Part shown: positions 36,416-49,955 of the stretch, piece by piece | How the letters are laid out: each line of letters opens with the position of its first letter | Position numbering within the stretch: the first letter of the stretch is position 1 | Source: Octopus bimaculoides | Taxonomy: Eukaryota | DNA length: 53,323 bases | Direction: 5' to 3' | NCBI RefSeq assembly: GCF_001194135.2 | Contig: NC_068981.1 | Coordinates: 129,923,775-129,977,097, forward strand | Notes under the pieces: generated by a model | Database searches by the model: none | What the model saw: only the letters and a program-made list of their open reading frames with translations | Told to the model about the DNA's origin: nothing | Position numbers and translations under genes: made by a program

Positions 36416-38115
36416 CTGGAAAACAAAATGTTAGAATTGTCACTAAAGAACAAAAGAGAACTGCATCAATAATTAAAAAAAAAAATTTTTCTAGCAATAA
36501 ATCCAATTTTCTATAGTAGTATGGGTGGGATATGCTTTGCAAATTTATATATTTTGAATATTGTTGGGTCAGTTAATTTTATAACTGGATTCTTTTCTCC
36601 ATCTATGAAGCAGAAGAAAATTTGTTTTTAGATAAATCAAGCAGAATCATGTTAATGTCTAGAGAAGTGCAATACATAAGTATAAATTAGAAGTCCCTTT
36701 TCATTGTCATTGTGGTAGATCTTTGTCATTGAACAATGAAATTTCAGAAGTTCAAACAACTGAATTACCTGCTCCTGAATTAAAGTATGAGTGGCTGAGC
36801 ATTCCAAAGACGTGTGTACTCTTAACACAATTCTCAAATAGAATCAGCATGACAGTGAGTGACAAGGCTGTACATCTTGAATTCATCATCATCATTATCA
36901 CAATCTAGCATGGGTTAGGCAATCTACCCCATGAACTTCTATACAGCTTCCATGTATCCAATTTCACAAGATATGGGTCAACTCCAAGCTAAAGAAAATT
37001 TGCCCATGATGCCACACAGTGGAATCAAACCTGAAGCCTTGTGGTTGCCAAACAAACTTCTTAACCATTCGACCATACTGTACCAACACTGTTGTAACAC
37101 ACATATAAAAAAAAATATACTCCACAATAAGGGGTAACTTCCTCACATGAGATAGGCTAGCCATTTCAATCTCTGACACACTACACTGCATTCAGATGAA
37201 GAAAAAGTACTCTAACAATTTCATAACAAAGTATCTCAGACACATACTTGTAAAATAAATCTCACAATCCTACTGATTCATACTGATTCATATATACATT
37301 TTTGTTTGACTTTGGTCAATAAGTGTTATTTCCTGTATGTTTCTATCCAGAAATCAAAAGAAATGACTATTATTCCCTTCAAACTTAGCTTTTGTGACAT
37401 GGACATCAATGTTTTGAAGTTGACCTATTTCCCATTACATTTCAGACAGATTCAGCACTGAGTTGCTGTGGCAGAAATATTGTTATAGCAAATATTCTGC
37501 TCAATGTCACATATTTGCTTGTCAGTTGCTTGACCACTTGCATAACCACTTGAGCATGTCTCTTAGTGACTGACAATATGTACATCTCTGATCATGAGCA
37601 GTAGTGGGGGAGCATCATAGCCATGTGTTGAGAGAAATTCTTAGGAGTTTGAATAAGTGTAACAAAAGCCATTTTTCATGCGTTCTAGGGGTAAGCAAAT
37701 AGGAAATAACAGCTACTATTGAAGGACAAAAATTGTGTTACACAGCGTTATTAAACCATGCATCTTAATTCTCATAAGTAAAAATTATAATTGGAGTGAG
37801 CATTCTGGTAATCTAATCTTAATTGCAACAGTAATATTACTAAGTGTTGAAAAATTACTAGCTATAACAATCAAAAACGCTCATTTTCTCTTTATGAATT
37901 TAAGATTTCTTACTTCTAATAGTCTTATTTTGAGAATGAATGAATAGATAATGTGGACAATACACATGTCACATTAACTCCACTTTTGCTCTTTTAGTGT
38001 AGAGATCAAATCAAATGATGGCCACCAAAATAATTTTTTGCTCCTCCCCCTCCCCCATTATATTTCACACACACACACATAAACTAACAATACAACATTA
38101 AAAAAGGTAACTTAC

Positions 38116-38202
38116 GTTTCGTGTTTGTAAGGTCATTCGTTTAGAGCGTGGGTCAACTTCTGAGATTTCACTAGCAAAACATGTTCGGTCAATGCCAACA
38201 AT
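38116..38202 (-). CDS. PRELID3B: PRELID3/SLMO2 exon, 87 nt
   Basis: ttttatccag| ... AAC|GTAAGT. Translates IVGIDRTCFASEISEVDPRSKRMTLQTRN (compare Drosophila slmo TCFASERSTVDP..KQMVLKTNN). Phase 0/0. Confidence 0.93.
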
Positions 38203-38339
38203 CTGGATAAAATATAAAATAAAATTGCAATAATTTTTATTTCATCTCTACAGAATATAATGATAATTATGATGTAAATTAATTTCTATTTCAAATGTGC
38301 AAGTCAGAGGGATACTACTATTTACTTACTTTGTCATAA

Positions 38340-38732
38340 CTATCTTTTATCTTTTATTTGTTTCAATCACTGGACTGTGGCCATGCTGGGGTACCACTTT
38401 AAAGGGTTTTAGTTGAAAAAAATCAATCCCAGTATTTTCTTTTTCTCTTTTTTTAAACCTAGTACTTATTCTATTGATCTCTTATGTCAAATTGCTAAGT
38501 TTGGCATAGGAGATCAATAGAATAGCAGTTGTCAAGCAATGGTGGGGGACAAATACAAACACACACGCACACATACATTACAGGTTTCTTTCAGTTTTTG
38601 TCTAACAAATCCCCTCACAAGGTTTTAGTAGGCCAGGGGATAAAGTAGAAAACACTTACCCAAAGTGCCATGCAATGGGACTGAAACCAGAACCATGTGG
38701 TTGGGAAGCTAACCTCATACCATTCAGGCACA
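38340..38732 (-). mobile_element. SINE family A
   Basis: ggactgtggccatgctgggg...gggactgaaaccagaaccatgtggttggg. Confidence 0.8.
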
Positions 38733-38931
38733 TATTATTTACAAACTAATATTTTTATTTTCAGTACAGTATTCCTTGCTTAGTTGATAATTACATAAAC
38801 TGTGGTTAATTAGAATTAGCAATGTAAATAGCTTTCATTAATGCTTCAATTTAAAAAATGTAACAGCCATAAATTAATTTGACAACTGTAAAGATTTAAT
38901 CTATTTTAACAGGTGAGAAAGAAGTCTATTA

Positions 38932-39225
<294 letters not shown>

Positions 39226-39472
39226 CTAGAAAATAAATACTAAAAATAATTACAATCACACTCGAAATGAAACAAAAAAAAAAAAACATCATCATTATCA
39301 TCCTTTAAAATCCATTTTCCATGCTGGCATGGGTTGGACATGTAGAGAGTAAAACTGATAATACATAAGAGTAAAAAATGATTCCATAGATTTTGCCACT
39401 AAAAAGCAGAACAACATACTGTTTCTAATTTAAAATGCCCGGACAGTTAACCCAATGTTTCATACACTACAA

Positions 39473-39726
39473 CAGTAGTTCTCAACCATTCCTTACCTAT
39501 GAACCCCTTTGATTCCTATTTTATTCAGATGGACCCTGATAGCCATCCAATGTTTAAAGTATCCTATTATATTTTTATAATCAAATATTATTAGGAATTT
39601 TATTGACAGAAATTGTTAAAATGTTTTGTGTATTGTAGAAGTATAATCAATTTATTGCACATATTTTAACAACAAAATTTCATATGGACCCCCAAGGGTC
39701 ATTTGGAACCCTGTTGAGAAATACTG
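39473..39726. mobile_element. hAT (Charlie-like) MITE
   Basis: Termini cagtagttctcaacc ... tgttgagaaatactg, matching the CAGTGGTTCTCAACC-type TIR. Confidence 0.7.
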
Positions 39727-39973
39727 CTCTTCAATAACTTCATTCTCAGAGCACATTCAAATGCCATAACCTTCTGTTCAGAGACCCTTCTCAAGCAGAG
39801 TATTTGAATTCATAACATTTCTAATGCAAGATTTAACTGCCTTAATCCCAAAACAATTGTCAGTAAAATGTTAACACATTTGAATAACAAATGAAAGCCT
39901 ATCCATATATGCATGTGTGTACACATGTATATGTAAGTATGTATACGTATGTATATATGCATATACATATATT

Positions 39974-40660
39974 ATTTATATTATTATATGATCGAACGCC
40001 ACGCATCCACTTTCAAGTAAGTTTTATCTTAATAATCCTGATGCGACACTATTACTATCTCTATTTCTCTCTCTCTTCTTCCTTCTTTCTTTTTTTTTCT
40101 TTCCCATCCTTTCTCTAATTCTTCTCCCCCTTTCACTGTTCTCTATCTGTCCCTCTCTCTCCCTCACTCCTCCTCTTCCTCCTTGACACTCTCATTGCTC
40201 ACATGTGACCAGCGGCCATCTTTTTTCTCCCAACTCAAATTTCTTTCTTCCCTCTTGTTAAACTACAAGGGATAGCATGCATTTTTTCTGTCTCCTATCA
40301 AAGCTTGTTTCTCCAGCGTTCAGCACTTCACCTCATTATGGCTTAACAGCTCTTACCGTTTGTTTTAACTGTCCTGTTTTTGTTACCAACTTTGACCCTC
40401 TGCAAATCCAAAATTTGATTTAATTTGCTTTGCGGGAGTGTCTGTTTTGATGAAGACACATCTTGTCCTAACGCTCAAAATGCAGAGTAGATAAAACAGT
40501 GGACAACTGAAGAAGGGATGGTTCTTTATATGGCCTGTCTCGTTTTTTTATTTGTTTCTTTCATTGGTTGCAAAAAAAGTTAATTTTCCATGTTTTTGTA
40601 TTTCATTGTCTTCTTTTTCATGTTGTTTATGTTTTTTGAAGTCCTGTAGCCATTTGTGCA
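39974..40660. mobile_element. Possible Penelope-like element terminal relic
   Basis: Recognised by style only (pyrimidine-rich tract, tggacaactgaagaaggg, hammerhead-like relic at ~40448). No coding evidence. Confidence 0.3.
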
Positions 40661-40827
40661 TGTGTATATATACATATATGTAAGTACACACATGTACTTT
40701 TATGAGTTTTTTTTTTAATAATTGTTTGTTATATAATATTATGTTATATTATATTCATAGTATATCAAGTAATATTGTAATATAAATAAATTATTGGATT
40801 GTCAATAGTATCTCTCTATTTAATTTA

Positions 40828-40839
40828 NNNNNNNNNNNN
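40828..40839. other. Assembly gap
   Basis: Short N run next to (TA)n. Confidence 1.
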
Positions 40840-40881
<42 letters not shown>

Positions 40882-41971
40882 TGTAACTTATAATTTATTT
40901 ATTAATTGTAATAAATCAACCAGCTGGTGATATACACTAAAAGAGATGAGTTTTCCAGACAAACTGTATGAGTAAGCTACTTTCAATCTCTTGTCGAAAC
41001 CATTCCTTTACTCATGTTATCAAGGCAAGTTGGGATCAAAAGAACTGACCCCTTTTGATATCGACTCATCTGCAATTGCCCTTGGTTATATGACACAAAC
41101 TTCCAGTTTTAAAGTAGCCTAAATTAAAATCTTCGATCGAAATTTGTCTTAATTTGGTCCAAACACAAACTTGATACTAACAAAGTTATTTTACTAGATT
41201 CATCATTATTTTTTTAATTATTTGAAACAAAACCAGTGTATTTCAAAGGAAATATAGTAGTAAAAGTGTTAATGCACATGAGAATGATCTAGCTGTCATA
41301 TCTGCACAATTTCCATTTTCCTCTTCTGTTGCCTTGACTTCTGTAAACTGATCAAGAAATTAATCAGTTACTAAGCAATTACTAACTAGACTCAAACGAA
41401 CATAAAACTTTCCAGTAGGAAAATCAAATAAATTAACAAACATTTCACTATAAGAAAAAAAAATTTATTCACATATTTTTAAAGTTTTATTAATAACAAA
41501 TGAAATTTAAAAACAAAAATCAACATGGGGGTGTGTCCAGTCTTAATATTAGATCTTTTATTTTAACAGCACATTTTTTAAGAATTTTTATAAGATAGTC
41601 AAGAGAGGAAGTGCCTTATGATGTTTGCAGGCTCTTCCAGGCTGATGTCCAGCCTAAACATCTGTAGGTAAAATACAACAGAGTGAACTGTTGCTAAAGC
41701 TCACCCAAGGACCAAATGATATTGATCTGAGCAACATGTTTGGCCTCTAATCCTAAAAGTCCTTATCAAAATAAGCTAAGCTTAATGAACGGGCTATGTA
41801 AAGATCAAGATGATGCAATAATTAGTCATTTAATACAAATCTTAAATTTCTGAGAATAATTTCATCATCTACTGCAAATTAAAAAAGTTGCAGGATAATT
41901 AAAAGATAATTGAACTGCCAGCTTAAAGCTCCTGAGGTCATATCTGTTTTAATCTCTGCACAGTTCACTTA

Positions 41972-42139
41972 CTGTATTTACTTATGTGTATGTAAGTCGC
42001 ACTATTTTATACTCAATTTTAACTGAAAAACTAAGGTGTGACTTATACAAGGAGCAATGCTAAAACTATGAAGAGAAAAAGTTTTCTTCCATGGTTTAAC
42101 ACTATATTAAGGGCACGACTTATACACAAGTAAAGATGG
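41972..42139. mobile_element. pogo/Tigger-like MITE
   Basis: TA|ctgtatttactt..tgtatgtaagtcgcac ... gcacgacttatacacaagtaaagatgg|TA; imperfect TIRs. Confidence 0.6.
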
Positions 42140-42327
42140 TAATTCTACTTATCTCAATTCCCCTAGCTACAAGGTAGATATACACTTTCTAGAAAAGGTT
42201 ATTTGTGATAAGTTAGAACTGTATCCTGAAAGAAATTTATCTTATCCTTTAAATTCTAGGAAAATTGAAATGAATCACTGTGAACTGTGAAAGAGTTTAT
42301 TCTTTTTAGCTCCATCAAACCCGTCTA

Positions 42328-42551
42328 TAATAATCCTTTCCACTACAGGCACAAGGCCTGGAATTTTGGTGGGAGGAGATTAGTAGATTACATTAACCCC
42401 AGTATTCAACTAGAGTTTATTTTATCGGCTTCAAAAGGATGAAGGGCAAAATTGACTTTGGTGGTGTTTGAACACAGAGCATAAAAAAATGGAAGAAATG
42501 CTGCTAACCATTTGGTCCAGTACAGTAACAATTCTGCCAGCTTGCTACCTT
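42328..42551 (-). mobile_element. SINE family B
   Basis: ggatgaagggcaaaattgactttgg...aattctgccagcttgctacct. Confidence 0.8.
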
Positions 42552-42777
42552 CAGTCCATAATAATATCAAGATCAATAGATAATTGCAACTGAAATGATA
42601 TATCTAGATTGTAGTCACTATGTCTAAAGAGAAATAAATATGAAATAAGATTTAGCAAGAAAACAAACATGACTAAAAAGTTGTAAAATCAAAAGAGGAA
42701 GGTCTTGAAGAAAAGATGTGTTTGTTACTCAGTGGTAAACAAATTTAAAATAGTTATCTATATTACTTTTGTTTCTA

Positions 42778-42987
42778 AGGTGGCGGAACAGGCAGAATTG
42801 TTACTGCACAGGAAAAAATGCTTAGTAGCATTTCTTCTGACTTACAAATACTGCTGGGGGTCAACTTTGCCTTTCATCCTTTCAAAGTCAATAAAATAAG
42901 TACCAGCTGAACAGTGGGGAAGGTGTAATCAACTTACCCCATCTCCCAAAAATTGCTGGCCCTGTGCCAAAATTTGAAACCAATATT
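42778..42987 (+). mobile_element. SINE family B
   Basis: aggtggcggaacaggcagaattg...ctttgcctttcatcc...gtgccaaaatttgaaaccaatatt. Confidence 0.8.
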
Positions 42988-43340
42988 CCTTTTGTTTCCA
43001 ATTTTCTACTTCAGAACAAAGTTTCTGTTATCCAAGTAAAGGAGTTCAGGAATGAAAAAAATGCAGAAGATTTTGGATGGCAATTATATTTTACTAACAG
43101 CTAAGCCCGGTTTCACCCAGTCAGTTAGGATGATGTGGCTGTTAAACCTGCTCTGTATAAGCATTCGACTTGTCTGGGCACGCTTACGTTAAAAAACAAT
43201 TTTAGAATGACTTTTTTCTCTCAAAACACTAAAACTAACTGATCAACAGAAAAATAAAAACCAACCAAGATTCAACCAAATCAAAACAAACCCAAATACT
43301 AAGCGAACAAAGATGAACCATTATACTTCCATTGTGCATG

Positions 43341-43452
43341 NNNNNNNNNNNNNNNNNNNNNNNNNNNNNNNNNNNNNNNNNNNNNNNNNNNNNNNNNNNN
43401 NNNNNNNNNNNNNNNNNNNNNNNNNNNNNNNNNNNNNNNNNNNNNNNNNNNN
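43341..43452. other. Assembly gap
   Basis: N run next to (CA)n. Confidence 1.
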
Positions 43453-43476
43453 CTCACACAAACACACACACGCATG

Positions 43477-43519
<43 letters not shown>

Positions 43520-44661
43520 TCACATATATTCACAAGGGGTTGAAACACTGATTTATTTTTTCAGCGTACAGTTTTCATCATCCCATTACTAAGTATGACA
43601 TCACCCTTTCCTTCTTTATTCATCTATCACCCCTTTCTTTCTCATTCATAAACACAAGAGTATTATTATAGGAGATTATCTTGGTAACCATGGGAGCTAT
43701 GAAAAAAATACAAAGCCCAGCATCACCACCGGATCATTCTACACATCTGTGTAATTTTTCACACAATTCCACCCAGCCGTTTGACCGTGAATCCCAAGAC
43801 AAGAAAGAATCGCCCGTGTCAAATTTATATGTATAGACTATGGCAGAATTAAAAGAACTTGAACATTTTTTCATAAGATACAAAGTCATAAAAAAAGTTT
43901 TAAATAATAAAACAATGTGAGTTGGCATTAATTAATGGAGGGGTGGGGGTGAATGAAGATAAAACAAGAACGTAATACTCAGAATATCACAGACGAGCAG
44001 GAATTAGTGGTTTGTAATTAAAGTACAAAGTACAAGGCGGAGTTACTTTTCAACAAATGACTAATGACAATTTGAAGAGAACTGTGGAAGCTACACTGTT
44101 CAACATATGCCAGCATGGAAACAAAGGAATGCAATAAAAGTTTCAACGTAAGAAGAATTACAAAATAGCAAAGTTATAAACTATACAACATTGTATTTTT
44201 TTTATTTTACTGAGACTTACTGTCTAACAAAACAAGCATGAACAGATTAACACTTAGAAATTAAATATGTTATAAACAGACCCTGATAAGAGAAAAAATA
44301 AGTCAAGGATGAGTGACAAATACTTAAATAAGGTTATTAACTATTAACAATGAAGGGGGCATTTCACAAGGAAAATAACAATCCTCATATTGAAGCTTGT
44401 TGTTAGACTACGCTTAGTCTTTGACTATTATTATTGTTGCTAGACTACACTTACATCATTTACAAGGGAATTTGTGGCTCAGATAATACAGGAAAAAGGC
44501 TTTAAGACGGAACTATTACAACATTTATCACTATAACTTAAATTAACATAGCTTTATTTTCTTCTTAACCCTATAACTTCCAGGGCAGGAGGTTTTCTTT
44601 AGCAAACCAGAGGAATAAACATACTGAACATAAACATAGAGAACAGGAAGTTGTAATATAT

Positions 44662-45042
44662 ACTCTTTTACTTGTTTCAGTCATTTGACTGCGGCCATGC
44701 TGGAGCACCGCCTTTAGTCGAGAAAATCGACCCCAGGACTTATTCTTTGGAAGCCTAGTACTTATTCTATCGGTCTCTTTTTGCCGAACCGCTAAGTTAC
44801 GGGGACGTAAACACACCAGCACCGGTTGTCAAGCGATGGTGGGGGTGGGGGGGACAAACACACACACACATATATATACGACGGACTTCTTTCAGATTCC
44901 GTCTACCAAATCCACTCGCAAGGCTTTGGTCAGCCCGAGGCTATAGTAGAAGACACTTGCCCAAGGGGCCACACAGTGGGCCTGAACCCGGAACCATGTG
45001 GTTAGTAAGCAAGCTACTTACCACACAGCCACTCCTGCGCCT
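44662..45042 (-). mobile_element. SINE family A, young full-length copy
   Basis: CpG-rich and near consensus; head aggcgcaggagtggctgtgtggtaag on -. Confidence 0.92.
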
Positions 45043-45830
45043 CCACACAACCACTCCTTAATTTATATAAGTTTAAGTTTTTAAATACAACCCAGTTAAA
45101 GAAACTACATATGATACTAAATCACTACAATATTCTTTCATAAAAGGTGTTTATTTTAAAACGTTATGACATTAGATATTAATAAGTATGCTTTATAATG
45201 TAATATTTTATTAGGCAGCAAACTAGGAAAAATTCATTAGATTGTTGGATAAACAGTCTTGTGGGTTTTGTTCTAACTTTCTGTATTCTGAGTTCAAATT
45301 TCACCACCGTCAACTTTGCCTTCCACCCTTTCAGGGTAAAGATGGAGGACTGGCAGAACTGCTAGAGGGTCAAATGAAACACCTTGTAGTGTCTGCTTTG
45401 GATCTTTGTCCTCTGACAGACATGTCTACTATGATACTGGTGCCAAGCTCTATCAGGCCAAGCTGGTTGGTATTTTTTTTTTTTTTTACTGTGGGATAAA
45501 CCTTGATAGTATGGAGAGAGGAGACTTTCATGCAAAGACAACTCTACTGGTCTTCCTCAATACAAATCTTGCTCAGGCTTATGCAGATATATGATCAACC
45601 TTCACCATGGCCCTATATAATATCTTTATTTCTCAACATGTTACATAACACAATGTAAGGTTCTACACATGCTTTACACATGTTATAAAAATATTCTTTT
45701 AAGCTGTTTTGATTTACTTTTGCTTCTGTAATGAACATATCAAATATACTAAAGGTATCATTACTTCAGTAATATACTCCAGCAAGTCTGAAAATATTTT
45801 GTAAGTGTTTAAATCAGTTATAACCTTTTT

Positions 45831-46241
45831 ATCATCTATTTTTTACTGGTTTCAGTCTTTAGACTATGGCCATGCTAGAGCAACACCTTGAAGAATTTTA
45901 GCTGAACTTATTGACCTCAGTACTTATTTTCTGTAAAGCCTGGTACTTATTCTATTGGTCTCTTTTGCTGACCTACTAAGCTACAGGGATATAAACACAC
46001 TAACACCAGTTGTCAAACAGTGGTGGTGGACGAACAGACACAAAGACACACACACATATCTACACACACACACACACACAGACGGGCTTCTTTCGTTTTC
46101 TGTCTATCAAAACCTCTCACAAGGAATTGGTCAGCCCAAGGTTATAGTAGAAACCACTTTCTCAAGGTGACATGCAGTGGAACTGGATCTGGAACCATGT
46201 GGTTGGGAAACAAAATTCTTACCACGTACCCACATCTGTGC
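45831..46241 (-). mobile_element. SINE family A
   Basis: Same architecture with internal (CA)n. Confidence 0.82.
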
Positions 46242-47185
46242 TTAAGTCTTAATATATTTTGTTAAGTGTTTAGACTAATTATCACCCTTAATTAACCTCT
46301 TTCTCATTTAATTTTCACTTGAGCTGAACTTTTTGACAATTATGATGATTCAGTCATGTGGAATTCAACAAATGCCATATATTAGCAAGAAAAACCAAGA
46401 AATACCATATGATTTTAAAATGCACACATATTATTTTCATATAATTTTGTTTCTATATCAGAGCCTCTTGATGGCTTCTTGACCTGAAAGAAATAGCAGC
46501 CACATCTCCATCAAATAACACTTTAACATTTTTAGAAAGAAAAGGCACATTTGCCCAGTGTTTTTGTAGACATGCGAAAAACAGGAATACCACAGCTAGA
46601 AAGCCACTGGAAGATTAACAACATAAAAAGAATTATAGAAACTATACGGTGATTAACTATTGAAATGAAGGGAAAATAACAAAAGGTATTTGAAGTTTAG
46701 TACTATTACCAGACTATACTTAGATTAACAAAAGAAGCCATGACTCATGTAGAATTGTAGAGGCTTTATTACATCATTTATCAATATAGCCTAAATCAAT
46801 GTAGCTTTTTTGTTATTGAACATAAGCAAAGAAAATACAGTTTTTAACTGAATGATAACTCCCAGGACAGGGCTTTTTTTGTTTCTTTGCAAACTGAATG
46901 AATAAACATATTGTCAAAACAGGAATGACATTGAATATAGGCATACTCAGTCAGAGTTGACTTGAGATTAAACAACTACAAATTTTTTTTTAGCAAACCT
47001 ATAAAATATCTTTGAATTTAAACTAATGTATAAAAATCCTCATAATTTTCTTTTTTTTCTTCTTCTTCCAAATTAGTCAAAACTGAAGATTGAGGGACAT
47101 GGCTTCAATTCTAATTCTGCTGCACATATTTCGTGTTTCAATGGTGATGCTAACAAAATATAGGTGGACTTTTTGCCACACAGTT

Positions 47186-47359
47186 ATGCCTGCATGGCTG
47201 TGTGGTAATAAGTTTGCTTCCCAGCCACATGGTCCTAGGTTCAGTCCCACTGCATGGCACTTTGGGCAAGTGTCTTCTACTATAGCCTTGTGAGTGGATC
47301 TGATAGAAAGAAAGTGAAAGAAGCCTATCGCATATATATGTGTTTATATGCATACATAC

Positions 47360-47406
<47 letters not shown>

Positions 47407-47605
47407 GTGAAGTGTGTGTCTTTGTGTTTGACCCCCACCACCGACTGACGACCAATGCTTAGGTTCGGCAAAAGAGACTGAGAGAATAAGTACCAGGCTT
47501 AAAAAGAATGTAAGTACTGGGGTCAATTAGTTTGACTAAAAATTCCTCAAGGCAGTGCTCCAGCATGGCTGCTGTCTAATGACTGAAACAAGAGATACAA
47601 GATAA
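47186..47605 (+). mobile_element. SINE family A
   Basis: catggctgtgtggtaataag...ggttcagtccc...(TA)n...gactgaaacaag. Confidence 0.85.
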
Positions 47606-49191
47606 ATATGGACATTTACACATTTTCATATATTATATTATAAATAAATCATCACCTATCTGTTCCCACTAGATAGAAATAGGAAATGGGGATGCGAGAC
47701 TGCATGTCAGATCTACATACTCAATATATTGTAATGTATCAGTAGGCTGAATATACTTTCATGTGACAGTTCCCAAGCCTTGTTACTATTGTTTGTGTTT
47801 TATATATTTCTGTTGTAACTAATGATTAAACAATTCCAAGACAAATTACGTTAGTCTCCAGTTTTTTTTTTTCTAACAAAGCAAAATCTTATTTAGGACA
47901 CTGGTTTCTGATTTTTTAACCAATATATATTACAGCCCTGAAGTCAATATAAAATCTCAAGAACATTGTTCACAACTCTAAATTGATGCATCTACTTTAA
48001 TCACCAAATTATAAAAATAGGTTTCCATTAGTTTTGACTTGTATTCCAACTATTCAGTTAACAATGGCTATTTCACTCAGTTAACTTACAAGTGGCTGAG
48101 TATTCCACAGACATGTGTACTTTTAATGTAATTCTCAGGGAGGATCAGCATGACACAGTGTATGACAAGGCTTAACTCATTGAATCCAAGCTACAGTCCA
48201 TCTGACAAGCTCCAAACAATTTCCATCAACCTTACTTCACTCACAAGGTTCGAATCAATCTGAGGCTATAATAAAAGATGCCTGTTCAAGATGCCACAAA
48301 GTGAGATTGAACCTGGAACCTAGTGACTGCAAAGCAAATTTCTTAATCTTTCAGCTGTGCCACAAAATATTACACTGCATCTAAAAATTGTATATAATCA
48401 TAAACAATTTAGGGCTTTAGTTTCCAAATACTTTGAACTTCCCAAGCCAACGAGGGTATCTCTGTGGTTGTTCCACCAGCTAAAAATAGCAACTAAATGT
48501 CCCTCAAATTACACCATACTGTCTGGACACATTAGATGGTGTTGTTCTACACATGCCTAAAATGACAAAATACCTTTGATCATAGGTCTGCTCAAATAGA
48601 GTTGGCCTGGGGTTAAATAATGACAACATTGCACAGTTAACCCATCCCATACTCTTCCTACATTTATTCTACTCATGTTGAGTAAACAGCAGCTATATTA
48701 AACTTATTCAACCATTTCATCCCTTCCCTCCAATTCAGAAAGATCCTTGAAAATTATAAATTTTCAATTTCTTTTTTCCTTTGTCTTCCTAGTTTTAAAA
48801 ACATTTTTTTCAGGCGGATGTGAGTCAGACAGATTTGCAACATAGTAACTCTTCATCAATACATCTATCTGGCATCATTTATTTTTCAGATGTAAGCCAT
48901 TTCCACCACACCTTAGATCTAATCTAAATATTTGTTTCAATTCACCTTAGAGTTAAATCCTATTTTTCCCTATTCACCATAAACTTTTTATCTTTATACA
49001 GCTTCTAAGAGCTCTTTTATCATCTCATAGTAAAACATCAATAAAACATTTTTCATCCAAAATTTCCATTTTATACATTCCTTGTTCAAATGACCCAACA
49101 TTTTAGCACTAAATGTTTATCAGTTCTTCATGCAAGACAATATTTTCCATGGGTCACACACACAGAACAAAACAATAATGCACATAATATA

Positions 49192-49384
49192 TGAAGGGGC
49201 TTCTGGCTTTAAGGGTATCATGAAAGGCCTGGTTCTGAGTTCTTTCGCAAGGCCTAGAAAAACTGAAAGACCACTGCAATAAGTGTGTGAATCAGAGAGG
49301 AGAATGTGTTGAATAAAATCATAATTAACTGATCCTTCTGTATTTTCTTTTACCCAAAGTCAGGAACTTATCAGCATCTCCTTG
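49192..49384 (+). mobile_element. Mariner-derived MITE, second copy of the 19191 family
   Basis: Shares ctttaagggtatcatgaaaggcctgg...tacccaaag.caggaactt with 19191-19407; TA flanks. Confidence 0.82.
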
Positions 49385-49395
49385 TATAATTTACC

Positions 49396-49581
49396 CTGGG
49401 CAAAATGCTTAGCAGCATCTTGTCTGTCTTAACGGTCAAAGTTCAAATTCTGCCAAGGTTGACTGCCTTTCATCCTTTTGGGGTTGATAAAATAAGTACC
49501 AGTTGAACACTGAGGTCGACCTAATTGACCTCCCCTATTACCCCCAAACTGCTGGCCTTATACCAAAATTTGAAACCAATA
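49396..49581 (+). mobile_element. SINE family B (5'-clipped)
   Basis: gcaaaatgcttagc...gttcaaattctgcc...gcctttcatcc...ccaaaatttgaaaccaat. Confidence 0.8.
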
Positions 49582-49869
49582 TATAATCTAATTATTATAT
49601 AATATAAATATATTACATATATAATACATATATAATGCAAAAACATCCTGCATACTGTGATAGTTAATAAGATAGAAATAAAATTTTTAAAATTTTTTCT
49701 TTCTGTGCGAACCAGTACCAAATGATCCATGGCTTGGTACTTGGTCTGTGGTAAGATGGTTGGGGACTCCTGCTTATAGATGTCTTGCAAACAACTCGCA
49801 CATGCAAGTGCTATCAGTCGAGAACTCCACATACCGGAAACCAGCAAGTGTATGGGGTCATCAGGAGAG

Positions 49870-49955
49870 AATGCGTGCCGTTTCGGGGCCTACCTCTCAA
49901 CAGCATCAATGCGCACCGTTTCGGGGCCTACCTCTCGACAGCATCAATGCGCACC
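49870..49955. repeat. 38-bp GC-rich tandem repeat, 2.3 copies
   Basis: aatgcgYRccgtttcggggcctacctctcRacagcatc at 49870 and 49908, partial at 49946. Confidence 0.9.

Noticed and set aside
43734-43928. 64-aa minus ORF as PRELID3 exon 1 or a transposon fragment
   Set aside because: No MKIW-like motif, no phase-2 donor and no recognisable domain.
49870-49955. CRISPR array
   Set aside because: The repeats are contiguous with no unique spacers, and the context is eukaryotic.
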